DNA of 64,000 nt, from contig NC_133621.1 in assembly GCF_048593235.1 (NCBI RefSeq), positions 280,013,238 to 280,077,237 of the forward strand, written 5' to 3'. The stretch is from Sminthopsis crassicaudata (taxonomy: Eukaryota). Below, piece after piece: positions 1 through 13,010 of this stretch. Below the pieces are notes generated by a model. It was not told where the DNA came from, ran no database searches, and saw only the letters and a program-made list of their open reading frames with translations. The position numbers and the translations under genes were made by a program. Numbering within the stretch: the stretch's first letter is position 1; the number at the start of each line of letters is the position of its first letter.

Positions 1-27
1 CTTCACTTTGATTACATTGCCCCCCCA

Positions 28-92
<65 letters not shown>

Positions 93-108
93 CTTTGACA
101 GACTAGAA

Positions 109-251
109 CAGTGGTGTCAAAACTGAAATAGAAAGGAGAAGACCTGTAGGGCACATCTTGACTTAATTTGAAATATCATATTTTTATTTATTTTGTTAAT
201 TATTTCCCAATTAAATTTTAATTTGGTTCAGAGAATGTTTTGACATATCTG
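109..251 (+). mobile_element. Putative short hAT-type MITE
   Basis: Ends cagtggtgtcaaa / tttgacatatctg. The interior resembles 62065-62236. No clear TSD. Confidence 0.5.
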
Positions 252-954
252 GGCTGGGCTATCAGGCAGTGGAAGAGAAAGCTAGATTTATGGACCTGTT
301 TCTTACCACCCTCTTCCTCTCTCCTCCCTTCCCCTTCCTTCCCCTTCTTCTCCAGATGACAGAATGTAAACTCTTTGAAGACAGGGTTTACTGCTTCTTT
401 TTTTTTTTTTTTTTTGGAGGGGGGTATTCTCAGTTTCTACATGACAAATATTAGCCACTTAATAAACGCAAATGACTTTAGGAATGACTGAAAGCCCTCT
501 CCTGGGATTGCACCTTCATCACTCTCAAATTTCTGAGGTCCCTGTTAAGAATTCAATAGCAATAGAATGACAGAGTTTCCTGTCCTCCCCAGGAAGCCTT
601 TTGATTTGTGCAGCTAATGAGAATGCTTTAGGTCCGATTCCCTGACCCCAGTAATATATTTGCCTAGGTTTTCCCTAATTTAGTCACCTAAAGGCAAGAT
701 GAAGAAATGACTGTGGAGGCAATCTAACCTGCAGGAAAGCTTATTAGTTCAGAGGGCGCCGGGATGGATACACATACTGATGATTAGGGGGAAAAGGAAG
801 AGTTGTAAGAAAGGGAGCTGATTTAACAGAGGGCAGTGCATAATCCTGGAGTCCCCCGGGAACAGCATAAAAAATAGAAGCCAGTCTAGCTCATTAAGGA
901 AGAACACCAAGAAACAGCACACATTTGTTAAGGGGAAATCAGGAAAGCCATAGC

Positions 955-1390
955 AAAAGACAGAGAAACACAGAGAGAGACAGATGATGGGGTGGAGAGG
1001 AGAGGAAGGAGAAAGAAGGGAGAGATAGAGAAACAGAGAGAGACAGAGATGATGGGGTGGAGAGGAGAGGAAGGAGAAAGAAGGGAGAGATAGAGATGGG
1101 GAAGAGGAAGGAGGGAAGGAGAAAGAAGGGAGAGACAGAAACAGAGACAGAAATGGGGAGGGGGTGAAGAGGAGAGGAAGGAGAAAGAAGGGAGACATAG
1201 ATGGGGAGTGGAGAGGAGAGGAAGGAAGGAAGGAGAAGGAAGAGAGAGACAGAGAAACAGAGACAGAGATGGAGAGAGGGGGAAGAAAGGAAAGGAAGAA
1301 TGATGAAAGAGAGAAAAGGAAGAAGAGGCAGACAAGTGAGAGAAGGGGAGAGGAGAAGGAAGAATGGAGGAGAGAGGAAGGGAGGGAGGG
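955..1390. repeat. Purine-rich degenerate tandem repeat (unit about 50-65 bp)
   Basis: The core ggaaggagaaagaagggaga and the segment gatggggtggagaggaga recur 4-5 times. Confidence 0.9.
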
Positions 1391-1439
1391 AACACACTAT
1401 AGCTAACAATATAAAGGAAGGCCACATGATGTGCTAGAA

Positions 1440-1910
1440 ATAGCCCTGGGTCTAGACTAGCCCCTGAGGTGATCAGAAACTGGCTCCTGAGCTTTTGAAG
1501 TTTTGAAGTTTTAAGGCATATGAGGCCAAAAGACCAAAGTGAAGGAGGAGGGCAAGCCCGGCAGGAGCAGCAGCCTGGAAAGCCAGAGCTGGGAGATTGA
1601 CCATAGTGTGGGAGGGACAGTAAGCAGGACAGTTTGGCTAGATCGTGAAGGGTGTGAAAGGGAGTGAATAACATGGGAAAAATCTAAAAAGTTTGGCTGA
1701 GACCTGATGAGGAAGGGTCTCAAAGACCCTCTAAAATACAGAGTTTGTGTTTGATCCTGAAGCTAATACAGAAGCATCATAGTTAAGTCAGGTAGCATTT
1801 ATTAATCACCTACTGCATGCTAGGCATTGTGCTAACACCAGGGATACAAAGAAAGGTCAAAAATAAAACTTAAAAACAGCCCTTGCTCTGTCTAATGGGG
1901 GAGATGATAT
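1440..1910 (-). mobile_element. L2 remnant including 3' tail
   Basis: gcatttattaatcacctactgcatgctaggcattgtgcta is the antisense L2 tail; upstream purine-rich L2-like text. Confidence 0.6.
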
Positions 1911-1914
1911 TTTT

Positions 1915-2150
1915 GAGTCATTTCAGTTATCTAACTTTGTGACCCCATTTGGGGTTTTCTTGGCAAAGATACCAGAAGGGTTTGCCATTTCCTTCTCCAG
2001 CTCCTGTGGTAGGTGAGGAATACTGAGGCAAATGGGGAAAAGTGACTTGCCCAGAATCGCACAGTTAGTAAGTATCTGAGTCCAGGTTTTAACTCAGACC
2101 TTCCTGATTCTAGACCCAGAACTCTGTTTACTGTGACACCTACCTGCTCC
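1915..2150 (-). mobile_element. Mar1 CORE-SINE
   Basis: gtgaccccatttggggttttcttggcaaagatac...tttgccatttccttctccagctc...gtgacttgccca. Confidence 0.85.
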
Positions 2151-5149
2151 TCCAATGGGAGAGATAACATGCAAATAAGCTATATGCANNNNNNNNNNNN
2201 NNNNNNNNNNNNNNNNNNNNNNNNNNNNNNNNNNNNNNNNNNNNNNNNNNNNNNNNNNNNNNNNNNNNNNNNNNNNNNNNNNNNNNNNNNNNNNNNNNNN
2301 NNNNNNNNNNNNNNNNNNNNNNNNNNNNNNNNNNNNNNNNNNNNNNNNNNNNNNNNNNNNNNNNNNNNNNNNNNNNNNNNNNATTTTTGTATATAATACA
2401 AACACACATATTTTCTGTATGCAGGATAAGTTGGAAGTTCCTTCAGTGGGAAGGCACTAGTATTAAGGAGTGTTGGGAAGTTTCTTGCAAAAGATGGGAT
2501 TTGTACTGAGACATGAAGGACACCAGGAGGTAGAGGAAGGGGAAAGAGAGAGCTCTAGGCATAAGGGCAGCCAGTGTAAAGGGATGGGCCACTGTTGTGT
2601 CTGATGCCAGCGTCCCTGGATTGCAGACACATGAAGAAGAGTTAAGGGCTAAGAAGATTAGAAAGGCAAGAAGTGACCAGGTCGGAAGGAGCTTTCAAAG
2701 CTAGACAGACAATATGATATTGGCTCCTGGAAGCCGTGGGGAGCCACTGGGTTCATTGAGTTGGAGGATGACTGCTGTGCTGTAGAAAGATCATTTCAGC
2801 AGCTTTGTAAAGGATGGATGGGGCAGGTAGGTTGGAAGACTCATCTTCCTCAGTTCAAATCCAACTTCAATCACTTTCTAGCTTTGTGACCCTGAGCAAG
2901 TCACTTCACCTTGTTTGCCTCAGTTTCCTTAATTGGAAGATGAACTGGAAAAGAAAATGGCAAACTATCCAGCGTCTTTGCAATGAAAAGTCACTCAATA
3001 ACAACCACCATCAGGTTTGTGAGAGGTGCTTGAGATTTTTTTCAGTAACAAGACCTTTTTTTTCCCCCAAAAGGTCAGAAGTCTCAAGGAAGTTCACAAT
3101 TCACAATGGCTTAACCCCATTCAGCACTAGATTTGAGAATTCCCAACCTGGGGGTCCAGTAAACCACATCTCTCTCTCTGCCTCAGCTGCCAAACAATTC
3201 CATTTTCAGTTGTGTTATTTCAAATTCTATTTCTTTTGTTTGTTCTGTTGAAAATTGGAGAAGAGTTGAGAGGTGGGTCAGGCTTCCTGCAAGAGCTCGG
3301 GTCAACAGACTCAGCACATGGGAAGTTCAAAATTCACCTTTGAAATTCACATTTGGACTTCCTTCTTTGAAACCAAAACTTTGCTTTTACTCTCTAGTTG
3401 CATAAAGTCAATTCAGCAGATAAAATAGTAATAGGAACAAGAAAATGCAAACCAAGCTTCAATTTTTACCTAGAATTATGGGAGACGATGCCCCAAGTAT
3501 TCTGAGTACTTCTGCAAATCCCCTTTGTGCCATCTAATTTAGGGGCATGTAAACAAAAACGGCCTGGGAGAACTTGACTTAAAAGTCTTACTGGAAATAA
3601 AACATATTGGAAAGTAGAAAGAAACAAAATTTTTTTTTCATCCTAAAAAAAAAAAAAAAACTAGATGTTTGAGGTAATGTTTTCAGCTTCAAAAAGGTTA
3701 TTCTTAACCTCCCTCCCCCAATTTTCTTGTTTTTTCCTTTTCCAATGGTTTTTTAAAGCTATTAGTTGGGTTTTTGACTCATTTTCCAAAGAAATTAATT
3801 ATCATTTCCTAATTAATTATCACAGGATCATAGATTCAAAGTTTAAAGGACCCTTCAGAATTCATTTCAGTAAGCATTTACTAAATGCCTACTATGTGTC
3901 AGGCAGATCTTCTCCCTTCAGAGCTGTCAAAGTTTCCGCTGTATTATACACTCTCTTATGTAGTGTAGATAAATGTCTTCTGTTTGTTTTTAGGTAAGGA
4001 GTAAAATAATTTATTTTGGAACAAGTGATGGGGTGGATAATGAGGACACCAAAATCTGAGTTCAGATTTGTCCTTGTCCAGATCCTTGTTTGATTTGGGG
4101 CAGGAAAAAAGTCTCTTAGTGGCCCCTGGCAAATCTCTAAAACTAAAGTTAAGGAGAAAATACTGATCTGTGGGGGTAGAAGCTGTTGCTCACCCCTTCC
4201 ACCTACTCTAGGAAATCATACCTTCATTCAAAAAAAAAGGATGAGTCAAACTCTGATTGTGGCTTTTGTGTCTGTTGCAAATCAGTTGGTAAAGATCATT
4301 GGATCGAGGAGAGGAGGGGTGGGAGAGAGGAAGAGAATTTAGAACTCATGTTAAAAAAAACTGTTTAAAAATTGTTTTTGCATGTAATTAGGGAAGATAT
4401 TAAATGAAAAAAAAATAAATTACTTTAAAAAAACAACAATATAGGTTCATTGATCTGGAATTGAAAGAGACCCCATAGGCTTATCTAGTCCAACCTATTC
4501 ATTTTATAGTTGAGGAAATGAAAGCCTAGAGAGATGAAAGGTCACATAGGTAGCAAGTTATCCAGTTGAGATGCACATCTGAGTCCTGTGATTACAAATA
4601 CTAATCTTTCCATTTTTGCTACAGAAGAGGAACTTAGGGGATCCACTTGAGGTCCACACAGTTATTAATCTATTTTTGAATACTGAATATTGCTATTACT
4701 TACTATAATGTACAAAATGAACATCGCCTGGGGTGGGATCCCAGCTCTGATTTTTAGGAGATATAGATGAAACAGTATGTAAATGTGAGCGATTAGCAGT
4801 GATAAATAATATTTTTTATCTGTATGATCTCAACCCTCGGTATCCATAGCCATAGTTTAGAGTTATCTTATTGCTTCAAAAAATAAATTAAAAGATGAAT
4901 GAATGAATAAATAAATAAATGAGAATAATGAAGTGGCTCTTCTTCCAATTGGAATATTCAATTGTGTCCCATGAATCCTGAATAATTATTTATTATGCAT
5001 TGTAAGGGTTTACGGAAAATATAAGCCCTTAGGCCTTTAAGATTAGCAAATAGTGTTACTCCTTTATTAAAATTGAGTTTGGTATAATAAAATGGAGTTT
5101 TCATTTCCTTTGCATCTCATGAATAATACAAGTATCTTCTTCTCCTCAG

Positions 5150-5188
5150 TCAGGTGGCTTTACCCACATCTTCACCGAAGACATGCAT
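5150..5188 (+). CDS. PLXNC1: Plexin C1 coding exon (39 nt, phase 0-0): SGGFTHIFTEDMH
   Basis: Acceptor tctcctcag ends at 5149 and donor gtaagt starts at 5189. The peptide matches the plexin C1 juxtamembrane cytoplasmic segment as I recall it, and the exon joins in frame to the next one. Confidence 0.92.
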
Positions 5189-5436
5189 GTAAGTATCTTA
5201 AGTTTTCATTTTTAGCCTGGAGACTGGCATGTATCTAGGTAGCATAATACCCTCCCTCCCTTCTCCCATCATCATCATTATCATCATTATTAGCTTGGAA
5301 TTGATTTGTTGTCTTTTTTCGGTACAATAAATTCAATATTAAATTAGCAATTCATTGATTGTCTAATCCCACTGTGAATATCCTGTTTAGTTTTTATTTC
5401 CCCCCAAAAAGAGATAAATAAATTTGTGTGTTCCAG

Positions 5437-5561
5437 AGCCGGGACCCAGGAGATAAGAATGAAAGCCTCATTGCTTTAGATGCATTAATCTGCAACAAAA
5501 GTTTCCTTGTTACTGTCATTCATACTCTTGAAAAACAGAAGAGTTTTTCTGTGAAAGACAG
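5437..5561 (+). CDS. PLXNC1: Plexin C1 coding exon (125 nt, phase 0-2): SRDPGDKNESLIALDALICNKSFLVTVIHTLEKQKSFSVKD(R)
   Basis: ttccag acceptor and gtatgt donor. Contains the plexin cytoplasmic motif L..LI.NK.FL...IHTLE.Q..FS..DR. Confidence 0.96.
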
Positions 5562-6552
5562 GTATGTGAGTATCAACCCACCTTGATGTGTCATTCATAC
5601 TTCATGGGATCGTAGGTTTAGAGTTTATTGCCTTCAGTTACAAATGGGAATACTGAGGTCCAGAGAGATGAAGGGAATTGTTCAAACTCACAAGTGAATG
5701 AGCTGAAATTTTAATCCAGTGCTTCCTTCCATCCCATTATACTACAATAACTCTCAAAAGAACTAGGATTTCATCAACAGGGATACTCCCTCTACCAATG
5801 TAGATGTGGCCCCTTCCATGCCTAAGAACTAGAATTCTTAATCTATAATTCCCCCCATGAATAAATTTCAAAGAGTCCATAAACCTGGATGGGAAAAAGA
5901 AATAACATTTTCCCTCTCATTAACCTTTGTTTTTAGTGATATTTTATGCATTTAAAAACATTCTGAGTAGGGGGCCATAGGTTTCACCAGAATACCAAGG
6001 GGGTCCAAAGCACCATAAAACAAAATAAAATGAAATAAATCTCATCAGCCTGAGAGATATTGTGAGTTGCTGTGGCCTAAACAGTTAATCTGTTGGGTGA
6101 GTCCTGTGGTGATAAATCTTTCCAAATGTAGCTAGGGTGGTCTTTGGGCAACATTCTGTCTCTGGGCATCTTTCCAGCTTCATCAAATCCATTCAGTCTA
6201 AAGACCAGCCAAAATGATCTCACACATGGCACCTCATCCCCAACCCTGGGATGTCCCCCCTCCCCCTTTCTTTCCTGGGAATCTTCGGTTTCCCTCAATG
6301 CTCTGCTCACTTGCTATTATCTGCAGGAAGCCTTCCATCCCCACCCCTGGTTGCTAGTATTTCCCGTCTATACCAAGGGGAACCTGTGTGTTGATTTTGC
6401 CTCATTTGTGTATTGTACAAACGTGTCTCCCTCTTTAGAATGTAAGCATCTTGAGGATAAGTAGAGTTTCATTTTTGTTTGTCACTAGTGCCCCGCACAT
6501 AAAAGGTGCTTAATAACTGAGCTGCACTGCCCTAATATTTGGCAATCCAATT

Positions 6553-6600
6553 CTTTTTTTTTTTTTTTTTCTGAAGTAATTGGGGTTAAGTGACTTGCCA
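6553..6600 (-). mobile_element. 5'-truncated WSINE1-type SINE 3' end
   Basis: A poly-T run followed by ctgaagtaattggggttaagtgacttgcc. Confidence 0.7.
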
Positions 6601-8104
6601 TCTGACATCAAAGTCAGAAAGTAGTGAAAGGTTAGCACTTAAAGACCATGTCATATAGAAAACGAGATAGCTGTAGTCTAATGGGAAGCAGAGAGCTGTA
6701 GTATCAGAATGGTCCACGTTCAGGTCCTGCCCTGGATATAGCTGGCTTTGTCAACCTGGGGAAGTCATGGATGTCCTCGTGCCTCCAGGCAGATACACAG
6801 AAGGTACCAGCCAACATTGGTAGAGGAATCCCCCAGCCAATGAGATTAATTATAGGACACAAAGCATCGTGAACCTTGATTCTAACTCCATTTGGACTAC
6901 TAAGTGACTTAGAGGATAAAGCACTCGATCTGGAATCAGAAGGTCCCAAGTTCAAATCCAGTCTCAGGCACTAACTGTGCCCCAAATCACTTCTGTCTGC
7001 CTCAGTTTCCCAACTATATAATGCCTTCATAATAGGATTGTTGTAAAATTCAAGTAAGATTAATCAATTTACAGTCTTTGAGCATTATATAAATGCCAGG
7101 TATCATCCTCATTATCCTCATCACTACATCACTTACACAACCTCATGTGCCCTTTAAAGACCCTATTACAACACCATGAAAAGGCACGAGTCTTTCTTCG
7201 AAAAGCAGAAGTAGCATTTTCTGTTTTTTTGGTTTTTTGTTTTTTTTTAAGAGTTGCATGACTTATAAATAGATGGATGTGTGATGACATCAGGGTGGGA
7301 TTCTTTTTTTCCACTCTTTCTCTTATATGCATCTGTCCACAAATCTTCCAAAGAGATTTCCCCCCTCTCCCAGAGCTGGGGAGATTTCCTTTTGGTTAAC
7401 AAACTGTCTTTAAAAGTACAGTGTCACACTTGGTCTGTCTCTGTATTACTTGTGCTTCAATCCATGACCAGTCTTCCCCTTTTTTTTTCCTAATGTCATA
7501 CATAGCCTTGTACCTGTCATCATCATTTTTGACATCAATACTTCAAATATATGATTTCATAGACTATTATTTTGCACAAACCTGTTCATATTTGTATTTA
7601 AAGAGTGTTAGTTTTACCTGGTGTTATGTCAAGCTTGAGCAACTTATTACACGTTATTCCATGTTTATAGAATTTGATTTTGAGCCAAAATGACCCCCTG
7701 CCCCCATGTCTTTGCATCAGGGAAAGTTCCTTATGCTTGAAATGCCTTCTGTGTCACCTCTGCCTCTTCATCCAGAGCTCAGCATCTATAGGAAGCTTTT
7801 CTAAGCCACTGAATTCTTCATCATATTTCTCTCCTCCAGTGATCAAATAGATGGTTAAAGGATGGGTTTGTTTAGTTGGTTATGCTAATGTTTACAAGAG
7901 AGGATTTTCTTTTTAAAAAAATCATTGGGGAGAATTGGGCATGATGGCAGGCAATAGTGATGCAAAAAAGAAAGAAAGAAAACAGTGATAAACATTTCAG
8001 GGAAGCATTTTAAAGTGCCCAGAAGAGAACAGGAGGTGGTTCAGACAAGAAGACCAGCATTAGGATTTATGTGCTAAATTGATATTTTATATAAACACGT
8101 ATAC

Positions 8105-8107
<3 letters not shown>

Positions 8108-8148
<41 letters not shown>

Positions 8149-8163
8149 TGTGTGTGTGTGTGT
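8108..8163. repeat. (TG)n microsatellite
   Basis: Seen directly in the sequence. Confidence 0.97.
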
Positions 8164-8559
8164 ATAAAATCAAGATTCATAGTTTCACAATGGTTCAGAC
8201 TCACACAAAAAAGATTTTTAAAGTATCCGTTGGTATCAGTTTGTATAGTACTTGCCTATATAATCTTATTTGATCCTTACAATAAGCTTGGACAGTAGGT
8301 ATTGTTATTGTCCCCCCTTTACAGATAAGGAAACTGAGGCTAAGAGAAGCCTACTGCCCCAGGGTTATACAACTATTGTGCATCTGAGGCAATATTCATG
8401 CTTACATTTTCTTGCCTTTTTTTTTTCTTGCCAGTATCTTATACCCTTTCCTTCAACCAAAATAAAATCATTTTGTGTCCAATATCAAAAATGAGCCTTT
8501 ATTTAGTCTGGGGTAGGCCAATACTTGATGTCTTTATATAAACTATCAGAACTTGTGAC

Positions 8560-8795
8560 TACCTAACACAGAACACTGGATAAAGTCTGGAGTCAGGAAT
8601 TCTCATCTAACAGTTCAAATTCAGCCTCAGACACCTTAGAGGTGTGACTCTGGGCAGGTCACTTCACCCTGCTTGCCTCAGTTTCCCCATCTGTGAAAGG
8701 AATTGAAGAAAGAAATGACAAATTGCTTTTCAGTATCTTTGCCCAGAAAACCGCAAATGGAGTGAAACATGACTAAAGTGCCTGAACAACAAACA
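8560..8795 (+). mobile_element. Mar1 CORE-SINE
   Basis: tRNA-like head (ctggagtcagg..gttcaaattcagcctcagacac), CORE (gcctcagtttccccatctgt) and tail (atctttgcccagaaaacc..actaaagtgcctgaacaacaa). Confidence 0.85.
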
Positions 8796-9496
8796 CCCCG
8801 TGGTCACTTCCCCAGCATGATAAGGCCCTGGAGTAGAAAGGAATTCATTAGTTTACTCAGTTCTGCCCAAACCTACTGTGCATTATATACTGTACTGGTC
8901 ACAGGGCATACCAAGACCTCGATATAAAAAGGGAGCCTGTGGGTTCATTCATCTAGGAAACTCCCTCTCGTAATGCCAGTCAGCACTTTCTATTTAACTT
9001 AGTCTTAAGAGATTTTTCTGAGAAAGTAAATGAGTTATTCAGAGCCACACAGTCTCTATGTGTCAAAAGTGGTCCTGGAACCCCCGTTTTCCTTTGACTT
9101 CAAAGTGGCTCTCTACTACACCACACTAAACATATTCAGAATTAATACAAAGTAATTGTGGAGGGGGAAGCAGTTCCTGATGGTGCTTTGAAGAAAGCTT
9201 AGAATTATATAAAAGAGTTGGGAGTGCAACGAAGAAAAGAACCTCTTTCCAATCCGTAGTCTATCTTCAGGGCATTAGCAACATTGGGTTAAGTAACAGT
9301 CAGTGGGGCATCTGTGCCCAGAAAGCGAGCAATGTCCTGGGCTGTTATGGCAGGAGTTGACTCACACTTCATGAGGTGGCCAGAGTTCTCCCAAAGAATT
9401 GTGTGACATCCAGAGTGGAGTTGTATGTGTCCCTTACTCAATCTGTCTCCCAATCGGCTCTCATCCGCTAACATCCATTGTCTCTTTCTCATCCAG

Positions 9497-9695
9497 GTGT
9501 CTGTTTGCTTCATTCCTAACCATCGCCCTCCAGACCAAGCTCGTCTACCTGACCAGCATCCTCGAGGTCCTCACGCGAGACCTGATGGAACAATCGAGTA
9601 ACATGCAGCCCAAGCTGATGCTCCGACGGACCGAGTCTGTTGTGGAAAAGCTCCTCACAAATTGGATGTCTGTTTGCCTCTCTGGCTTTCTCCGG
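9497..9695 (+). CDS. PLXNC1: Plexin C1 coding exon (199 nt, phase 2-0): CLFASFLTIALQ...KLMLRRTESVVEKLLTNWMSVCLSGFLR, GAP C1 segment with the conserved RR motif
   Basis: Branch-point-like gctaac at 9467-9472, ctctttctcatccag acceptor and gtaagt donor. Lies within ORF-track 9399..9734. LRRTESVVEKLLTNW is the plexin GAP signature. Confidence 0.98.
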
Positions 9696-11184
9696 GTAAG
9701 TAAGTGCCTCATCTTTCTGCAGTGTCAGAGGTAAGACAATCTCGGGTCTTATTTTTAGCAGACATTGACTTCTTTTGCAGTACAGACCCTGAGTACTCCA
9801 TAGTGTCAAAACAACAGCTTTTCTGCCTTGGCCCTCATCCCGAGCATAGAGATGCCTGGGGGAAAAAAAAGCAGCTAGTAGAACGAATATCTTGTGAATA
9901 TTATTCATTTCCCCAGACATAATTTCTTTATGAAGAAAGACATTAAGATATTTTAGATGTACCTTGCCTCTATCAATTAAAATTAATTAAGTCCCTTCAG
10001 TTTCCTAGTCATCCTAAAAAGTACAGCATAAGAGAGGGAATATCTAAAATATTAAAAAGAATGTACTTAAAAATAGCTGGAAGCACTTGAAAGAGATCCA
10101 TTTACATAATAACAAAGGATGTGCTAATTACAAATAATGTCTAACTGGTCCTTAAAACAGATCCCCTAAGGACCCTCATTTGCCTAGTTTGAGTTGTTGT
10201 ATGGACATACAGATAGAAGGAAATTGGATTTCTCAAACCATTCGTCACTTCCAACTGTCCACTTAATTCAGCTATGTTTTCCCTTCGTTTTATCTTTGGT
10301 AAATAAAACAAAATAAAGATGTCAAAAGTGATAGTTGTGTGACAGTAAAGCTATTATTCTCCTTTAATTTCATTCTGTACCCATTTCAAGAAGAAAAACT
10401 GTGTATTTATAGCCAGTCCTAGAACTTAATTGAACCTTGAACAGGATGTATTGCTATGCCACTAATTTTCAACAATAGTATTTAAGTACAAGACTGAGAT
10501 GTGGGTCTAAATAGAGGGTGGCATCCACAGCTGTGCTTACTTTAATGTTTAATGCTGCCTTGAAAGAAGACATATGATGTTTTCCTACCAATCCATCTTG
10601 CCCCCAAGCAATACCTGAATAGAGAGGCTAATTAAATCAGCCTTTTCCCCCTCCCCTTTTTATCTGATACTTAAAAACTAGTTGGATTCCTGGTATCTTC
10701 ATCCTTGTCTTTCTCAGCCCTATAATCATCATCTCATCAATAATGACAATCCCCCATTTGAAACTTTCCCTCCTTTATGATACTCATCTTTTTCCTTTCC
10801 TAAATCCTCCATTCATCCTTGTCCTTCCATTAACCCTCCTTTATTTACCTGATGTACTTGAGTTCTTATTGGAGTTTGTTTAATATTTCATGAGTCCCCT
10901 TGCAAACCTTCAGGTATCCAACCTCTATTATCTCTCACCCTCATTACATAACCAGCCTTCTCCTTCTCTGATCAATAATATCTTTTACATCACTTGGTGT
11001 ATATGGTTAAATTTGGTAATACACCATCTTTCCTTGGCCCTTTGGGGTACCTTTAATTCATTTTAATTTATTTGGATTAGTCATATGGTTTCATTGCTAT
11101 AAGGAACTCCCAATGAGAAAATGCTCTATCCATATAGATGGGTCCCTTCCTTTCGGTTTGCGTTCTTGGAGAGTTGTCCTAAAG

Positions 11185-11375
11185 CTGCTGTTCTCAAAAA
11201 CCCAAGGAGTCTCTAACTCCCTTCCACGAAGTCTGCAAAATTGTGATATCAAAAGATTTTAATTTTTAATATTATAATTATAAAAACATCAGTAGTTATA
11301 ATCCACATAAACAGAAGCTTTTTGTGAATGAAAACTTCAATAAAGTCCTGAGACCAAAAAGTTTGAGACCCATTG
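11185..11375 (-). mobile_element. Old hAT/Charlie-type MITE
   Basis: Ends c.gctgttctcaaa / gtttgagacccattg. The interior is the reverse complement of the copy at 41140-41349. Confidence 0.65.
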
Positions 11376-12389
11376 CCCTAGAAACTTGTTAAATTCAATT
11401 CAAAGAGCATTTATCAAGCACATGCCACGTGCTAATCACAGTTTCCAGTACTAAGTGACTTAAGGAATTTACTTTACCTCTGTTTGCCTCAGTTGTCTCA
11501 ACTGAAAATGGGAATAATAATAGTAGTACCCACTCTGTAGGGTTTTTGTGAGGATCAAGTAAAATTATATTTGTAAAAGTACTTGACATAGTGCCTGGTA
11601 CACAGTAGGTATTACATAAAGGTTTATTTTTCCACCTTCCTTCCGCCCATCAAAGATACAAAGACAAAACCAGAACATTCCCTTCCCTCAAGGAGCTTAA
11701 ATCCTACAGGGCACACTAAAATAAACTCTTTGGAATTTTAATTATTCTCAACAATAAAAAAATCATCAAAGCGATTTATTAGGCAAGTCATTTATCCTTT
11801 TTATGTTGAGAAATTCTCAAACTGAAATTGGAACCCCTAAAAAGAAACAAAAAGAGTTGCCATTCTTTAACTCTGGCTAGGTAATTGGATTCTCATTGCC
11901 TAAAAAGACAGGTATATTCCCCATGTTTGGGGAATAGTAAGGGAGCCATCTTGGAAGACACAGGAATTATGCTGGGGACTAGTAGAGATGAAGTTAGAAA
12001 TGATTTGTTTAATTGAGGACTGCTTTAATAATGCAAAAAAGAAGCTATCAAGCTTGGCAAATTGGTCAATTAGTTTTGGTTTATTCTTATTTCTGAGGTT
12101 AATTGTTATATTATTTAGTGTTTGAGTTGTTTGGGTTTTGGTTTTTTTTAATATTATTACTATCTTGAGGTCTAGATATTCTTTTAACTTTCAAGGATCC
12201 ATGATTTGGGATGGAAATGGGTATTTCACAAAATTAATTGTTAGATTAGTCCTCAAGAGCAGACTACCATCAGACCATTTTTTAAGCCTACCCAGTTTAT
12301 CAGAAACTTGTTGACCCCTGGCTCTGGATATTATGGTAAGGCAATAGTATGGGATTTTGTTGGAAGAGGAACCCCTAATAAGAACAGTT

Positions 12390-13010
12390 AAATAAGCATA
12401 CCATTTGTAGGTAGTTAACAGTTTGTCTGAAGAAGATCTGAGGATATTAGTAGACCAAAAGCACAAAACTAAAACAACAATCAAGCAAAGCAATCAAGAA
12501 AACGAATGTGATTAGAGGCTGCAGTTGAGCAGTGTTTTGTCCAGGACACAAGAAGGAGGTCACAGTCCTTTTGTGCTCTTCCTGAGTCAGGTTACTTCTA
12601 TACTATTATATTTAGCTCTGGGCAACAGTTTTTTCAGAAGGATATTGATTAAATTGGAGAATGTCCAAAAAAAGGCAACTCTCTGGATGCTGATGTAATC
12701 TCCTGTTCATGTCATTGTTTGAAAGAACTTGGAATTTTTTTTTAAGTTGAAAGAGAGAAGATGTGGGAAAGGGCAATATATGATAGCTCTCTTCAAATCA
12801 AGGACTAATACATAGAAGAATTCAACTTATTCTGCTTGGCCCAAAAGGGGAGGACCAAGAGTAATGATGGAAGTACACAGATTTAGATTTAATTGATTTA
12901 GAGTTAATTTTTTTTTTCTAACAATTAGAACTGTCCCATAGCAGGAGGAGTTGCCAGGAGGAGGCTATTCCTCATACATAAGGTTTTCAAGAAAAGACAA
13001 ATGGACATTT
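12390..13010 (+). mobile_element. Decayed CR1/L3 LINE 3' region
   Basis: Motifs gaagatctgaggatattagtagac, aaattggagaatgtccaaaaaaaggcaac, tgatagctctcttcaaat and ctaacaattagaactgtccc are characteristic of the L3 ORF2 end. Confidence 0.75.

Noticed and set aside
749-1674. Long ORFs (149-248 aa) on both strands
   Set aside because: Translations of the GA/CT low-complexity repeat (L/S/P/F or E/R/K/G runs); no splice or homology support.
9696-9705. Tandem donor gtaagtaagt (alternative +4 donor); also cag-tcag at 5147-5153 and aag-gag at 15673-15678
   Set aside because: Common by-products of splice consensus sequences; no evidence of use.
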